Shown: positions 17,474-26,261 of the stretch, piece after piece
Layout of the letters: each line of letters begins with the position of its first letter
Numbering within the stretch: the stretch's first letter is position 1
IMG/VR virus record: IMGVR_UViG_3300005537_000001
Location: 186,001 to 250,000 of that record
Reading direction: 5' to 3' (one strand)
Length of the DNA stretch: 64,000 nt
Program-made: the position numbers and the translations under genes
Notes under the pieces: generated by a model
Databases searched by the model: none
What the model was told of the DNA's origin: nothing
Seen by the model: only the letters and a program-made list of their open reading frames with translations

Positions 17474-18220
17474 ATGCCCGAAGGTCCTGAAGTTCGACTG
17501 CAAGCTGATCTTCTCCAGCGCGTTGTTGGAAGCACGATTCACGGCGCGAGAGTTGTCAGCGGCCGGTATCTACGAAAGCCGATTACCGGACTCGATGAAC
17601 TCGCTGGCAGCAGGATCACGGCCATCAACAATCATGGCAAGCTGATTTACTTCGCGCTCGATGGCAAGCGCTACATCCACTCAACCCTTGGCATGAGCGG
17701 TTCGTGGGAAGCTGAAAATTTGAAGCACACCCGCATCTCGCTAACCCTCTCAAAATCTACCATTCACTATCACGATCCTCGAAATTTCGGGACGCTAAAG
17801 ATAGTTTCGGCAGCTGAACACCAAGAGAAACTTTCTCTGCTTGGACCAGATTTTAGCAAGCCGCTCGATGAATCGGTAACGACCGAAATCGAACGTCGGC
17901 TCAGCTCGTACGGTAGCGGCTGCATCGCCCAGTCACTTCTCGATCAGCGAATCTTCTGCGGCATCGGAAATTATCTGCGGGCCGACGCTCTGTATCTCGC
18001 GAAAATCAACCCGCACGCTCTAAAGCTTTCCAAGCGGAGCTTGAAAAATCTCGTCTTACGCTGCATCGAGCTTTCAAGCTTGGCGTACCTCGAGAGGGAA
18101 TCGTACGAATTCATCATCTACAAGCGGCGAATTTCCAAGCTTGGGAACCCGATAGTTTCAGAGCTGATTGGCCCACGCCGAATATGGTGGTGCCCGGTTG
18201 AGCAGGTCAATTTAACATAA
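17474..18220 (+). CDS. mutM: Fpg/Nei-family DNA glycosylase/AP lyase
   Basis: N-terminal MPEGPEV, HGK, LGMSG, H2TH GIGNYLRADALY. Confidence 0.9.
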   Translation: MPEGPEVRLQADLLQRVVGSTIHGARVVSGRYLRKPITGLDELAGSRITAINNHGKLIYFALDGKRYIHSTLGMSGSWEAENLKHTRISLTLSKSTIHYHDPRNFGTLKIVSAAEHQEKLSLLGPDFSKPLDESVTTEIERRLSSYGSGCIAQSLLDQRIFCGIGNYLRADALYLAKINPHALKLSKRSLKNLVLRCIELSSLAYLERESYEFIIYKRRISKLGNPIVSELIGPRRIWWCPVEQVNLT

Positions 18221-18239
18221 TGTGACCTGAAAATAAGTG

Positions 18240-18268
18240 TTTACTTTTGGTAGATCACGTGATAGAAT
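18240..18268 (+). promoter_or_regulatory. early promoter
   Basis: GTTTACT-N17-TAGAAT; ATTTAACATAA box at 18210-18220. Confidence 0.8.
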
Positions 18269-18308
18269 AGATCTGTAAGTTGATAAACCCGCTGCAAAGG
18301 AGATTGAA

Positions 18309-18686
18309 ATGAATTTGACTTTGACCCAGTTGATCGCGAAGTACAACGAATTGGCCACCGCCGCCGGCGTTGCAACTCGCAAGGGCTTCGAAAGCAAGGC
18401 GAAGGCCGAAGCTGCAATCGCGGCTCTGTCGAAGACGACCACGAAGACTGCGAAAGCGTCGGGCGCCACCCTCCGAGTCCGCAAGGCGGCAGCGGTTCGT
18501 GAGAAAGGTCCTCGCGGTTTCAAGTTCGGCCCGGTGTGGCTGGCTTCGATTGCCGCCGGTAAGGGCGTCGCGTTGAAGCCCGCGAACATCAAGAAGGTGC
18601 TCGAGACGGCAGAAGCCAAGGGTGTGACGGTGACGAAGGATCTGACGCAGGCGGAAATCGTAGCGTTGATCGCGAAAGCGATCTAA
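18309..18686 (+). CDS. Lys/Ala-rich histone-like putative DNA-binding protein
   Basis: AAGGAG RBS, very basic composition, own promoter and terminator; paralog at 55299. Confidence 0.7.
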   Translation: MNLTLTQLIAKYNELATAAGVATRKGFESKAKAEAAIAALSKTTTKTAKASGATLRVRKAAAVREKGPRGFKFGPVWLASIAAGKGVALKPANIKKVLETAEAKGVTVTKDLTQAEIVALIAKAI

Positions 18687-18723
18687 TCGGCGCAAACTTC
18701 TCGAAAGAGAAGAGGCCCGGTCT

Positions 18724-18758
18724 GCGGGCCCCTACGATAGAGGGGCCCGCTTCTTTTT
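18724..18758 (+). terminator. intrinsic terminator
   Basis: GCGGGCCCCT-N7-AGGGGCCCGC followed by TTCTTTTT. Confidence 0.85.
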
Positions 18759-19252
18759 CAGAACGCCAACGAAATCAACCACGAACAAAGAATGAGGATG
18801 CCAGCCTTTTCAGCGGCTGGGCCAGGAACTACCTTCTTTGACAGCTTTGCAAGCAGACCAATTGCAGTTGGAATGATGGCATTTGCGGCAACCCACTTAC
18901 AACCGCTAACGTGACCTTCTAAACCAAGCATTGTCAGAAGCATCACAACGGTTCCCCACGTGTGGATCTGTGAGTGCTTTCCATTAGTTAACTTGTCGAC
19001 GAAGTTCGAAAACGTGTTGGAGATCGCCGTGATCGCCAAACCGGTAGCGGCCACAATCGCCAGGATGTGATCGAACCCGGTAGAGAAGTGGTTGAGAAGA
19101 GCGGTACCAAGAACAACGTAAGCTCCATCTAGGTACCAGTGGTAGGGACCATACAGGCCATCACTGATCGTCTCCTGACGAAGAGGTGGGTACAGGTAGT
19201 TCTGAGCCGCGATGACGGCTAAAAGTAGAAGTGCGGCTAGCGCTAGGAACAT
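18758..19252 (-). CDS. multi-pass membrane protein (DUF998-like)
   Basis: About 5 hydrophobic segments; ISDGLYGPYHW; GGAG RBS; TAAATA at 19276-19281. Confidence 0.6.
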   Translation of the reverse strand: MFLALAALLLLAVIAAQNYLYPPLRQETISDGLYGPYHWYLDGAYVVLGTALLNHFSTGFDHILAIVAATGLAITAISNTFSNFVDKLTNGKHSQIHTWGTVVMLLTMLGLEGHVSGCKWVAANAIIPTAIGLLAKLSKKVVPGPAAEKAGILILCSWLISLAF

Positions 19253-19339
19253 GATTGAGACTCCATTAAAAATGATATTTAGAAGAAAACATGTTGTTAT
19301 TGTCTGATACAGATTTTGGACATTCCCATAAATAAATTT

Positions 19340-20191
19340 ATGTCAAAAATACAGAAAACAGTACTGGTATGCCCCGAATGCAGCACTAAATTTGAAAGAT
19401 ATCCTTCTCAAATTAGATCTACTAACAATTATTGTTCTAAACAATGTGCATACAAGAACATGCCGCCTTGCACAAATGAGAGAAAAATCAAACTTAGCAA
19501 GTTGATGTCAGGTGCAGGAAACCCAGCTTATGGTGGTGGGCAATGGGATGATGATAGACGAGCACGACATTCTAAAACTATGAAGCAGGCGATGAAAGAT
19601 CCTCATCGACGTTATGTTTCCGGAAATGCAAATAGAGACAAAAAATTTTCGAAAGAATTAATTCAAAGGATGCATGCGCATAGAACGCCATCTACATATG
19701 GGCACACTCCCTCAGAACAGCGAAGAAAAGAAATAGGAAAGGAATCATCCAAGCGATGGGCTGATCCAGATATAAAAAGACGCATAGTAGAGGGCGGCCG
19801 GGCAACAAAGGAAGCTAAGGGTACAATAATTCCCCGCAGCATGATATCACCATGGAAGATTTATTGGCAACAAGCTGGATGGAAGGCAAGTTATAGATAT
19901 ACACAAGAACTCAATCTTCAAGAAAGAGGGCTTTGTCGAGACCATATTGTAGGTAGAAAACAAGGATTCCTACTTGGTATATTCCCTGAGATACTTCGTC
20001 ATCCAGAAAATTGCCAAGTGATTACACTTTCGGAAAATAGCAGTAAGGCTAGAAGAAAAGCTGACCCTACTCAACCAGATCTACTAATGAGTAGGATAAT
20101 GGAATACAAAGGCGATTACCCAGAACACAATCTTGTGGTTTCACGGGTTATAGATTATTTAGAAGGTAAAAGATATGAACGTTCTCTTTAG
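19340..20191 (+). CDS. putative homing endonuclease (Zn finger, NUMOD3-like repeats, HNH-like C-terminus)
   Basis: CPEC...YCSKQC; GHTPSEQRRKEIG; RDHIVG...HPENCQVIT..ENSSK; AT-rich. Confidence 0.6.
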   Translation: MSKIQKTVLVCPECSTKFERYPSQIRSTNNYCSKQCAYKNMPPCTNERKIKLSKLMSGAGNPAYGGGQWDDDRRARHSKTMKQAMKDPHRRYVSGNANRDKKFSKELIQRMHAHRTPSTYGHTPSEQRRKEIGKESSKRWADPDIKRRIVEGGRATKEAKGTIIPRSMISPWKIYWQQAGWKASYRYTQELNLQERGLCRDHIVGRKQGFLLGIFPEILRHPENCQVITLSENSSKARRKADPTQPDLLMSRIMEYKGDYPEHNLVVSRVIDYLEGKRYERSL

Positions 20192-20720
20192 TTCAGACAT
20201 GCACTATTCGCATCAAAATATTATCAAGTATTGTGACCGACCGTTCTCGACCGTTGAGGAGATGAACGAGCAGCTTATCGCAAACTGGAATGGAGTCGTT
20301 AGCCGCAACGACGTCGTTTATTGCCTCGGTGACATGTTCTTCTGCGATTTGAGCAAAGCGCGGTCCATCATGCACCGCCTGAACGGCACTAAGCGTTTAG
20401 TTCTAGGCAATCACGACAAGATAATTCGCAGGGAGCCGACTCTCCAGGCGCTTTTCGACAAGATCCTCCCAGATCTACACGAGGAGACGATCAACGGTGT
20501 TCGGTTTATCATGTGCCACTATCCCCTGCTTACGTGGAACAAGGCGCATTATGGGTCGATCAATCTCCATGGTCACCAGCATAACAAGCAAGCTATCACG
20601 GCTATAGACCGACGACGATATGACGTTGGAGTAGACGCCAACGGCTACATGCCGGTTAAGTTGGAAAATATTGTTGCCCAGCTTGAAAAGATACAACCAT
20701 CAAGAGGACGAGAAGACTGA
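20175..20720 (+). CDS. calcineurin-like metallophosphoesterase
   Basis: SDMH, LGD, GNHD, HYP, HGHQH, DVGVD motifs. Confidence 0.9.
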   Translation: MNVLFSSDMHYSHQNIIKYCDRPFSTVEEMNEQLIANWNGVVSRNDVVYCLGDMFFCDLSKARSIMHRLNGTKRLVLGNHDKIIRREPTLQALFDKILPDLHEETINGVRFIMCHYPLLTWNKAHYGSINLHGHQHNKQAITAIDRRRYDVGVDANGYMPVKLENIVAQLEKIQPSRGRED

Positions 20721-20869
20721 TGCGCAACATGACTGATCTTCTGAGGAATCACGCTCGAGCTATTTCGATGCAGGTAACAGATTATCGGCTGAAGAAAGCT
20801 GGAATAACTGTCTCGAGGGGAATCGGTATCAGCAGAAATATTCCGAAGGTAGCTAAGTTACCATTGGAC

Positions 20870-21421
20870 CTAATCAAGAGACTTGCTGGCTGACATGCTC
20901 TTCTGTATGGCCTTAAGCTCAGGCCAATTATGCACTTTTTCTAGCGAGTGAAGTAAAGCTGATAAAAACATTTTGGAATCCTCTAAACCAAACCAAAATG
21001 TGCCATGTTCAGAATCGGCATCAACAACTTCTCGATATTTTGCCAACAGTATTTTTATCGTCTTTTCTTTATCTTCGGTACTACCGAGCGCGGCCCGAAC
21101 AAAATCAGCATCGTTGAGCACCTCTATTTCAAAGGGCGGAGTTTCCTCAAGCTGTGAACGTACGATGAAGCATGGTCGTTTACCTCTTAACCATATCACC
21201 GAAACATTATTATTCGCCCCACCATGTTTGGCGTAATATGTTACTTGTTGAGAATTGACGTCGAAACCAGAATTCGTGCGGCCATTCCAACTGTAAAGCG
21301 TACCATCATAATCTATTTCATCTGGGCGCATCGCCATTCCACCACCGACAGTTTCTGCAAATTCATCTAAAGTCTCAACAGAGATCATTTCGTGTGATTC
21401 GAGAAATTCTTTGAATTTCAT
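20870..21421 (-). CDS. hypothetical protein with C-terminal WPEL module
   Basis: MKFKEFLE start at 21421 (ATGA overlap); HNWPELKAIQKSM. Confidence 0.75.
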   Translation of the reverse strand: MKFKEFLESHEMISVETLDEFAETVGGGMAMRPDEIDYDGTLYSWNGRTNSGFDVNSQQVTYYAKHGGANNNVSVIWLRGKRPCFIVRSQLEETPPFEIEVLNDADFVRAALGSTEDKEKTIKILLAKYREVVDADSEHGTFWFGLEDSKMFLSALLHSLEKVHNWPELKAIQKSMSASKSLD

Positions 21422-22005
21422 ATCGTTTTCCCCATCCAAAAAATTCTGCCAATGTTAACGTGCTTAGGATCTTTGTAAGTTTTCTCCGGAACCATTCCAA
21501 TCTTTCGAAGCGCCGAGAAAAATTTCTCATCGAGATGTCTAGCTCGAGTCTCACCGCGCGGCATGACGTGAACCGGAATTCTCTCTGTATCACCATTGAC
21601 CATTCTAATCGCGGTCATCCGCGCTCTACCTTCATGCCCAACTACTTCAACTCGCAGCGGTTCACCTTGACCAAATTCTTTTTCGTTGTATCTAAACTGG
21701 AGAAACGGAGCTCCAATTGGTATTCTATCCTTGATGTGTTCAGCTATTTTAGCCGCGGCGTCACCGCGATATCCCTGAGCTGCTAGCTCTAGAAATTCGG
21801 ATGGTGTGATTGTCATCGCGAAGCCGAAGTATTTGATTTCTTGGTTATTGGGAACTGCTCCCATTCCATCCTTGTTGTCGAACGCTACCTTGCCTACCTT
21901 GTAGCGATCGTCGACGTTCTTCGCGTCTGGCGCGGAGAGATGCTCGAATTCTGTTTCAGACAGATTCTTGTAATCAAACGTTTCGAAGAGTTCTCTAACT
22001 TTCAA
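21418..22005 (-). CDS. hypothetical protein, putative virion-internal
   Basis: TTG start with GAGGTG RBS; TAAATA at 22029-22034; MKVRELFE. Confidence 0.75.
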   Translation of the reverse strand: MKVRELFETFDYKNLSETEFEHLSAPDAKNVDDRYKVGKVAFDNKDGMGAVPNNQEIKYFGFAMTITPSEFLELAAQGYRGDAAAKIAEHIKDRIPIGAPFLQFRYNEKEFGQGEPLRVEVVGHEGRARMTAIRMVNGDTERIPVHVMPRGETRARHLDEKFFSALRKIGMVPEKTYKDPKHVNIGRIFWMGKTI

Positions 22006-22034
22006 GCTATCACCTCAGGTTGATAGGCTATTTA

Positions 22035-22063
22035 TGTACATCTGATTTGGGGCAGGGTATAAT
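22035..22063 (+). promoter_or_regulatory. early promoter, back-to-back with a late promoter
   Basis: TGTACA-N17-TATAAT abutting the minus-strand TAAATA. Confidence 0.75.
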
Positions 22064-22387
22064 GTGACCATGAGAAAATTGTCAAAATCGGTTGATGAGT
22101 ATCTCGCGGCAGGTGGTTGGTCATCCAGCTTGTTCCTGGAACACGCCAGATCGCTGTTTGGTGATCGAGAGATTCTGCAGCGCTGCACCTTCGAAGTTGG
22201 GCGAAACGTCGTCTACATCAAAGCTGGATCGAAACTGCTAAAGGCATACGTTCACCACAACGGTAGAACAAATCAATTTCTCACCTTTACCGATCAAGCT
22301 GGTGTCGAGGTGATCACCTTTCACAACACCCAGTTAACCCACGTCATCAAGCGGTTCATACTCGACTACTTCGCGGAATCAATATGA
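22064..22387 (+). CDS. hypothetical protein
   Basis: ORF downstream of the promoter; true start may be ATG 22070. Confidence 0.55.
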   Translation: MTMRKLSKSVDEYLAAGGWSSSLFLEHARSLFGDREILQRCTFEVGRNVVYIKAGSKLLKAYVHHNGRTNQFLTFTDQAGVEVITFHNTQLTHVIKRFILDYFAESI

Positions 22388-22680
22388 AGTTGGTACTAAT
22401 CTACACTGATTCAGATGAATACACGTATTGTAACGATGTTGTTCTGCCAATAGAATACGAATCACCGGAGCAAGCTCTAGTCGATTTTGAAGCTGCTGCG
22501 CGTCACTGTCGCGAAGAGGGAACACCAAAATTTGAATTCGCTGGCTTCGAATTTTGGCCGTTCCATTTCTTTCCCCACAAGAATCAAATTAACCTACCAG
22601 AAATTCTGACTATCGAGCAGTGGTTCAACAGTTGCGGAAAATTGATGGTCAATTCGCACGGAGCTGGCGCGCATGGCTGA
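22384..22680 (+). CDS. hypothetical protein
   Basis: ATGA-coupled. Confidence 0.65.
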   Translation: MKLVLIYTDSDEYTYCNDVVLPIEYESPEQALVDFEAAARHCREEGTPKFEFAGFEFWPFHFFPHKNQINLPEILTIEQWFNSCGKLMVNSHGAGAHG

Positions 22681-23131
22681 ATACAAGAAAGGTGAGCTCC
22701 TCAACAAGGCGCTGATAATCGCTACCGTCGCCCACGCAAACCAATACGACAAAGGCGGCAAGCCATACATACTTCACCCCCTCGCGGTGATGCACAAGCT
22801 GCGAACTGTTGATGAAGAGCTGATGTGCATCGCGATTCTTCACGACGTCGTGGAAGATACCGACGTCACGTGGCAAAAGCTGCGGGAGGAAGGAATGACC
22901 GATCGAATCATCGAAGGCGTCCGCTGTCTTACCAAGATTCGCGGTGAAACCTACGAAGAATACAAGCTGAAGGTTAAAAGCAACCCAGACTCCATCGCGG
23001 TCAAGAAGTGCGATCTCCAGCACAACACTGACATTCGCCGGCTTCAGGGAGTCACCGAGAAAGATATTCGGCGAATGGAGCGCTACTTCAATTTCTACAT
23101 TGAGCTAAAGAGCTTGGGTTGCAACACGTAA
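22673..23131 (+). CDS. HD-domain hydrolase, SpoT/Mesh1-like ((p)ppGpp hydrolase family)
   Basis: AHANQYDKGGKPYILHP...AILHDVVEDT...VKKCDLQHN. Confidence 0.85.
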   Translation: MAEYKKGELLNKALIIATVAHANQYDKGGKPYILHPLAVMHKLRTVDEELMCIAILHDVVEDTDVTWQKLREEGMTDRIIEGVRCLTKIRGETYEEYKLKVKSNPDSIAVKKCDLQHNTDIRRLQGVTEKDIRRMERYFNFYIELKSLGCNT

Positions 23132-23140
23132 AGGTGATTC

Positions 23141-23689
23141 ATGCATAAGATTCCTAAAGAATACATCGTTTATTGGACTTCCAAGAAAGTTGGAAAACCC
23201 AACCCAGCTAGCACTGAAACGTACAAGGCGAATTTCAAAACCTTCAACGATTATGAAGATGCCATGGAACTGGTTGAGAAACTTCATGGACTGCGGCGAG
23301 TTGGTGGCCAGTACATGGGTCGAATAGTTTATCACGTTGGCGCGTTCAACGGTGGAAGCTTTGGTTGCGCGGCGTTTGACAACGTTCGAGGCCCGGATTC
23401 GGAAGTTAGTCGACATCCAGATGTGGAGAAAGATACTCAAGATCGCGTCATGGAGATAATCGCTGAGGTTCTCGACCGCGAATCAACCGGTGTAAATCTG
23501 CGCGATAACTTCTTTAGCGATCTCAACTGTGATTCTCTCGACATCGTTGAGCTAATGATCAATCTCGAAGAGCAGTTCGACATCACGATTGATAATGACT
23601 TGACAGGCTGCATCAACACAGTTGAAGATTTATTCAACATCGCGCTTAATCGAATTAGGATGAAGTCATGGTTAGTACCGCAAAAATAA
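23141..23689 (+). CDS. acpP: unknown N-terminal domain fused to an acyl carrier protein
   Basis: C-terminal DLNCDSLDIVELMINLEEQFDITI carries the phosphopantetheine-site DSL. Confidence 0.75.
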   Translation: MHKIPKEYIVYWTSKKVGKPNPASTETYKANFKTFNDYEDAMELVEKLHGLRRVGGQYMGRIVYHVGAFNGGSFGCAAFDNVRGPDSEVSRHPDVEKDTQDRVMEIIAEVLDRESTGVNLRDNFFSDLNCDSLDIVELMINLEEQFDITIDNDLTGCINTVEDLFNIALNRIRMKSWLVPQK

Positions 23690-23973
23690 GTTTGACCAAG
23701 GAAGAACTTCTCAAGGAGCTTGAGAGTGAGAGGATCGCGCAGTTCAAGAGATTTTTTGGCTACGCACCAAGCCAGCCCCGCGAGCCAAACAAAGACAAGT
23801 ATTCAAAATGGGAACAAGCGCAAATCAAAAAGGAGAGAGACTCCGGAATCCTCGAAGGATTTGACTTCATCGTTGAGTGGCTTCCTGACAACTACTCTGA
23901 CTTCATCGACAAATTGTCTCACTACAAGTTCAACTCAATTCGTGAAGCTGAAAATGCTTTGAGCGCTCAGTAA
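23668..23973 (+). CDS. hypothetical protein
   Basis: ORF in operon. Confidence 0.6.
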   Translation: MVSTAKISLTKEELLKELESERIAQFKRFFGYAPSQPREPNKDKYSKWEQAQIKKERDSGILEGFDFIVEWLPDNYSDFIDKLSHYKFNSIREAENALSAQ

Positions 23974-24437
23974 TGGACATCAAGTCGGGTAACGGCTACC
24001 CATCATCGGCTTTGTCAAACTTCGCTCCACACCCCTTCGTTTTCGATGGGGTTCCGGTTGCCTCGATGGAGGGTCTCCTCCAAGCCTTCAAATTCGACAA
24101 GGAGCACATCCAAGTCGAAGTGTGCAAGCTGGTAGGCAAGGCGGCGAATGCGCGCGGTCGTCCTCGCAACTGGCAGGAACGACAGACGCTATACTGGAAG
24201 GGCGTCGAATACCAGCGAGAAGGTGATGCGTACCAGCTTCTTCTGGATCGAGCCTACCAGGCGATGGCGGATCAGAATGAGGGATTTCGAAAGGCGCTGC
24301 TCGCGACGCAGAATGCCGTTCTTGATCACAGCATCGGTCGCTCCAAGAAGAAGGAGACAGTGCTGACGAAATCTGAATTCTGCTCCCGCCTCATGTTCAT
24401 TCGCGGCAAGCTGCGGTCAACCGGACTCAATTGGTAA
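23973..24437 (+). CDS. NADAR-family protein (T4 gp30.3-like)
   Basis: YPSSALSNFAPHPFVFDG...SMEGLLQAFKF...ALLATQNAVLDHSIG. Confidence 0.8.
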   Translation: MDIKSGNGYPSSALSNFAPHPFVFDGVPVASMEGLLQAFKFDKEHIQVEVCKLVGKAANARGRPRNWQERQTLYWKGVEYQREGDAYQLLLDRAYQAMADQNEGFRKALLATQNAVLDHSIGRSKKKETVLTKSEFCSRLMFIRGKLRSTGLNW

Positions 24438-24461
24438 AATCAACCTGATTTTCAATCAAAT

Positions 24462-24490
24462 TTTACTTCTCGCTGATTGCATGTTATGAT
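24462..24490 (+). promoter_or_regulatory. early promoter of the envelope operon
   Basis: TTTACT-N17-TATGAT with TG extension. Confidence 0.7.
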
Positions 24491-24524
24491 GATTCCACGA
24501 TAATTTTGACTCAGGATTAAACTT

Positions 24525-25186
24525 ATGGCTAAGAGCTTGTTCGCCAAATTGGGACTCGTTGAAGATAACGCACTTGAACCGGTAACAGCACACCAGTTCA
24601 AGTTGCACCCGCCGCTCCCATGGCACCATCCTACGCACCAGCTGGTTATGCCTTTACGCCTGGCCCTCAGTTTCAACCACAGGCTGGAATTGCCGATCCC
24701 GAGATGGTCGGCAAGATCAAATCTTCAGTGTTTGCGGCATCGCCGATCATCAGCCAGTTCATGCAGAACCTTGAATTGGTTCGACCGCAGTTTCCGAATG
24801 ATGAAGGTGCCTGCATGAAGGCGGCGCTGGCGTTCACTCGAGTCGACAAAAATTCGCTCATCAGCGAGCTCAACAAAACGGTATCGGCAGCTCTTCTCCA
24901 CACGAGAAGTGGGTTGGAATCCGAGCACAAGCGAGCTCGTGATTCAGCTGTTGGTGGGCTTGAACAGCAGCTTTCGTCAATCAACTCCGAAATTTCGGAT
25001 ACGACGAATCAAATCGCGCAGCTGCAGCAGGCGATCGCCGGAAAGCAGGTGGCCGCGACCGATCTGCAGGGAAAAATTCGAGATGCCGAGGCAAACCTTC
25101 AGCAACAGGATGCCGTGGTGAAGGGTTCTCTAACCCAAGTTGAACAGTTCGTTGCTAACCTCGGTCAAACTTTCGCAAGGCTCTAA
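24525..25186 (+). CDS. coiled-coil protein split by a -1 frameshift near 24590
   Basis: RBS-led MAKSLFAKLGLVEDNALEPVTA joins TPVQVAPAAPMAPSY... in another frame; heptad-rich C-terminus. Confidence 0.65.
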
Positions 25187-25196
25187 AGGAGATTTT

Positions 25197-26243
25197 ATGG
25201 ACTCGTCGTCTAACACAATTGCCGGACTACCGGTTCCCTCCAAGGAAAAGGCGACCCGCTGGGTAGCCCACGCTGGTCTTGCAGCTCTTGGGGTTGCGGC
25301 AATTCTTTTCTTCATGCCGTACATCAATCAAGCTCTCAACCTCCTCGTCAACGGAGCGGTATCGATCGCTGAGCTTGGAGCGATAGCAGCGGGTGTTTGC
25401 TTTGGTTCATTCGCCCTCATTTCCATCTGGCCAGCCTACAAGCGACTCATCGAGAGCTTCGCGAATAAGGCCACCTGGGCAATTTTCGAGTGGGATCCAA
25501 TCACTCCCATGCAGCTCTGGCTCAAGGAAGTTAACGGGGACAAAGAAGAACTTGAATCGCAGTATTCGCAAGTCGGCGCCGTCATCTCGCAAAATGAGCA
25601 GGTAGTTTCCGATGATGAGCGCAAGGCGCTGAAAGCTGATAAGCTATTCGCTCAGGCGGTAGCTCAGTACGGTGCCGACAGTCAAGAAGCAAAGCTGATG
25701 TCGCTCGAACCAGGCACCCTCCGTGAAACGGCGGCACGCATCAAGAGCAGCACGCAGCCCCTCTACGTCGTTCGCGACACCCTCAAGGAAGTCGTTGACG
25801 CGACAGCATACATGCAGCGCAAGGCTGAGCTGGACGTCGAGGCTCTTCAGCAGGAATGGACTGCCGCGCAAAGCGTCGATCGCGCTACCAGCGCCGCAAC
25901 GCGAGTTCTTCGTTCACGAAGCGATCGCAAGCAGAACGCGATGTCCTCGATGAAGATCATTCACGATAAGTACGCTGGCAGCCTCGGACGGTTGCAGTCT
26001 CTCCGCGCCTTGTCGAAGGACGTCATCACGAGCGTTGACATGGACAAGGGTACCTATCATCAGGAAGCGCTTGATCGTCTGCGCAACGAGAGCCGCATGA
26101 TCACCGGCGGAAAAGCACCGGTCACGGTAACGGCAACCGTAGTTCCAACGGCGGCCCTACCGGCACCGAATGCTTCAGTAGGCATCCCGTCATTCTACAG
26201 CGTACCGAAGGTAAAAGTTACCCAAGGCGCAACCAAGATTTAA
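25197..26243 (+). CDS. membrane-anchored PspA/IM30-like coiled-coil protein
   Basis: AAGGAG RBS; two N-terminal TM helices, a WDPI motif, then a long helical region. Confidence 0.6.
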   Translation: MDSSSNTIAGLPVPSKEKATRWVAHAGLAALGVAAILFFMPYINQALNLLVNGAVSIAELGAIAAGVCFGSFALISIWPAYKRLIESFANKATWAIFEWDPITPMQLWLKEVNGDKEELESQYSQVGAVISQNEQVVSDDERKALKADKLFAQAVAQYGADSQEAKLMSLEPGTLRETAARIKSSTQPLYVVRDTLKEVVDATAYMQRKAELDVEALQQEWTAAQSVDRATSAATRVLRSRSDRKQNAMSSMKIIHDKYAGSLGRLQSLRALSKDVITSVDMDKGTYHQEALDRLRNESRMITGGKAPVTVTATVVPTAALPAPNASVGIPSFYSVPKVKVTQGATKI

Positions 26244-26261
26244 CGTTGATACACAAAGGAG

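Noticed and set aside
24525-24818. Separate 97-aa gene
   Set aside because: After about 22 codons the translation looks like shadow-frame sequence; a frameshifted single gene fits better.
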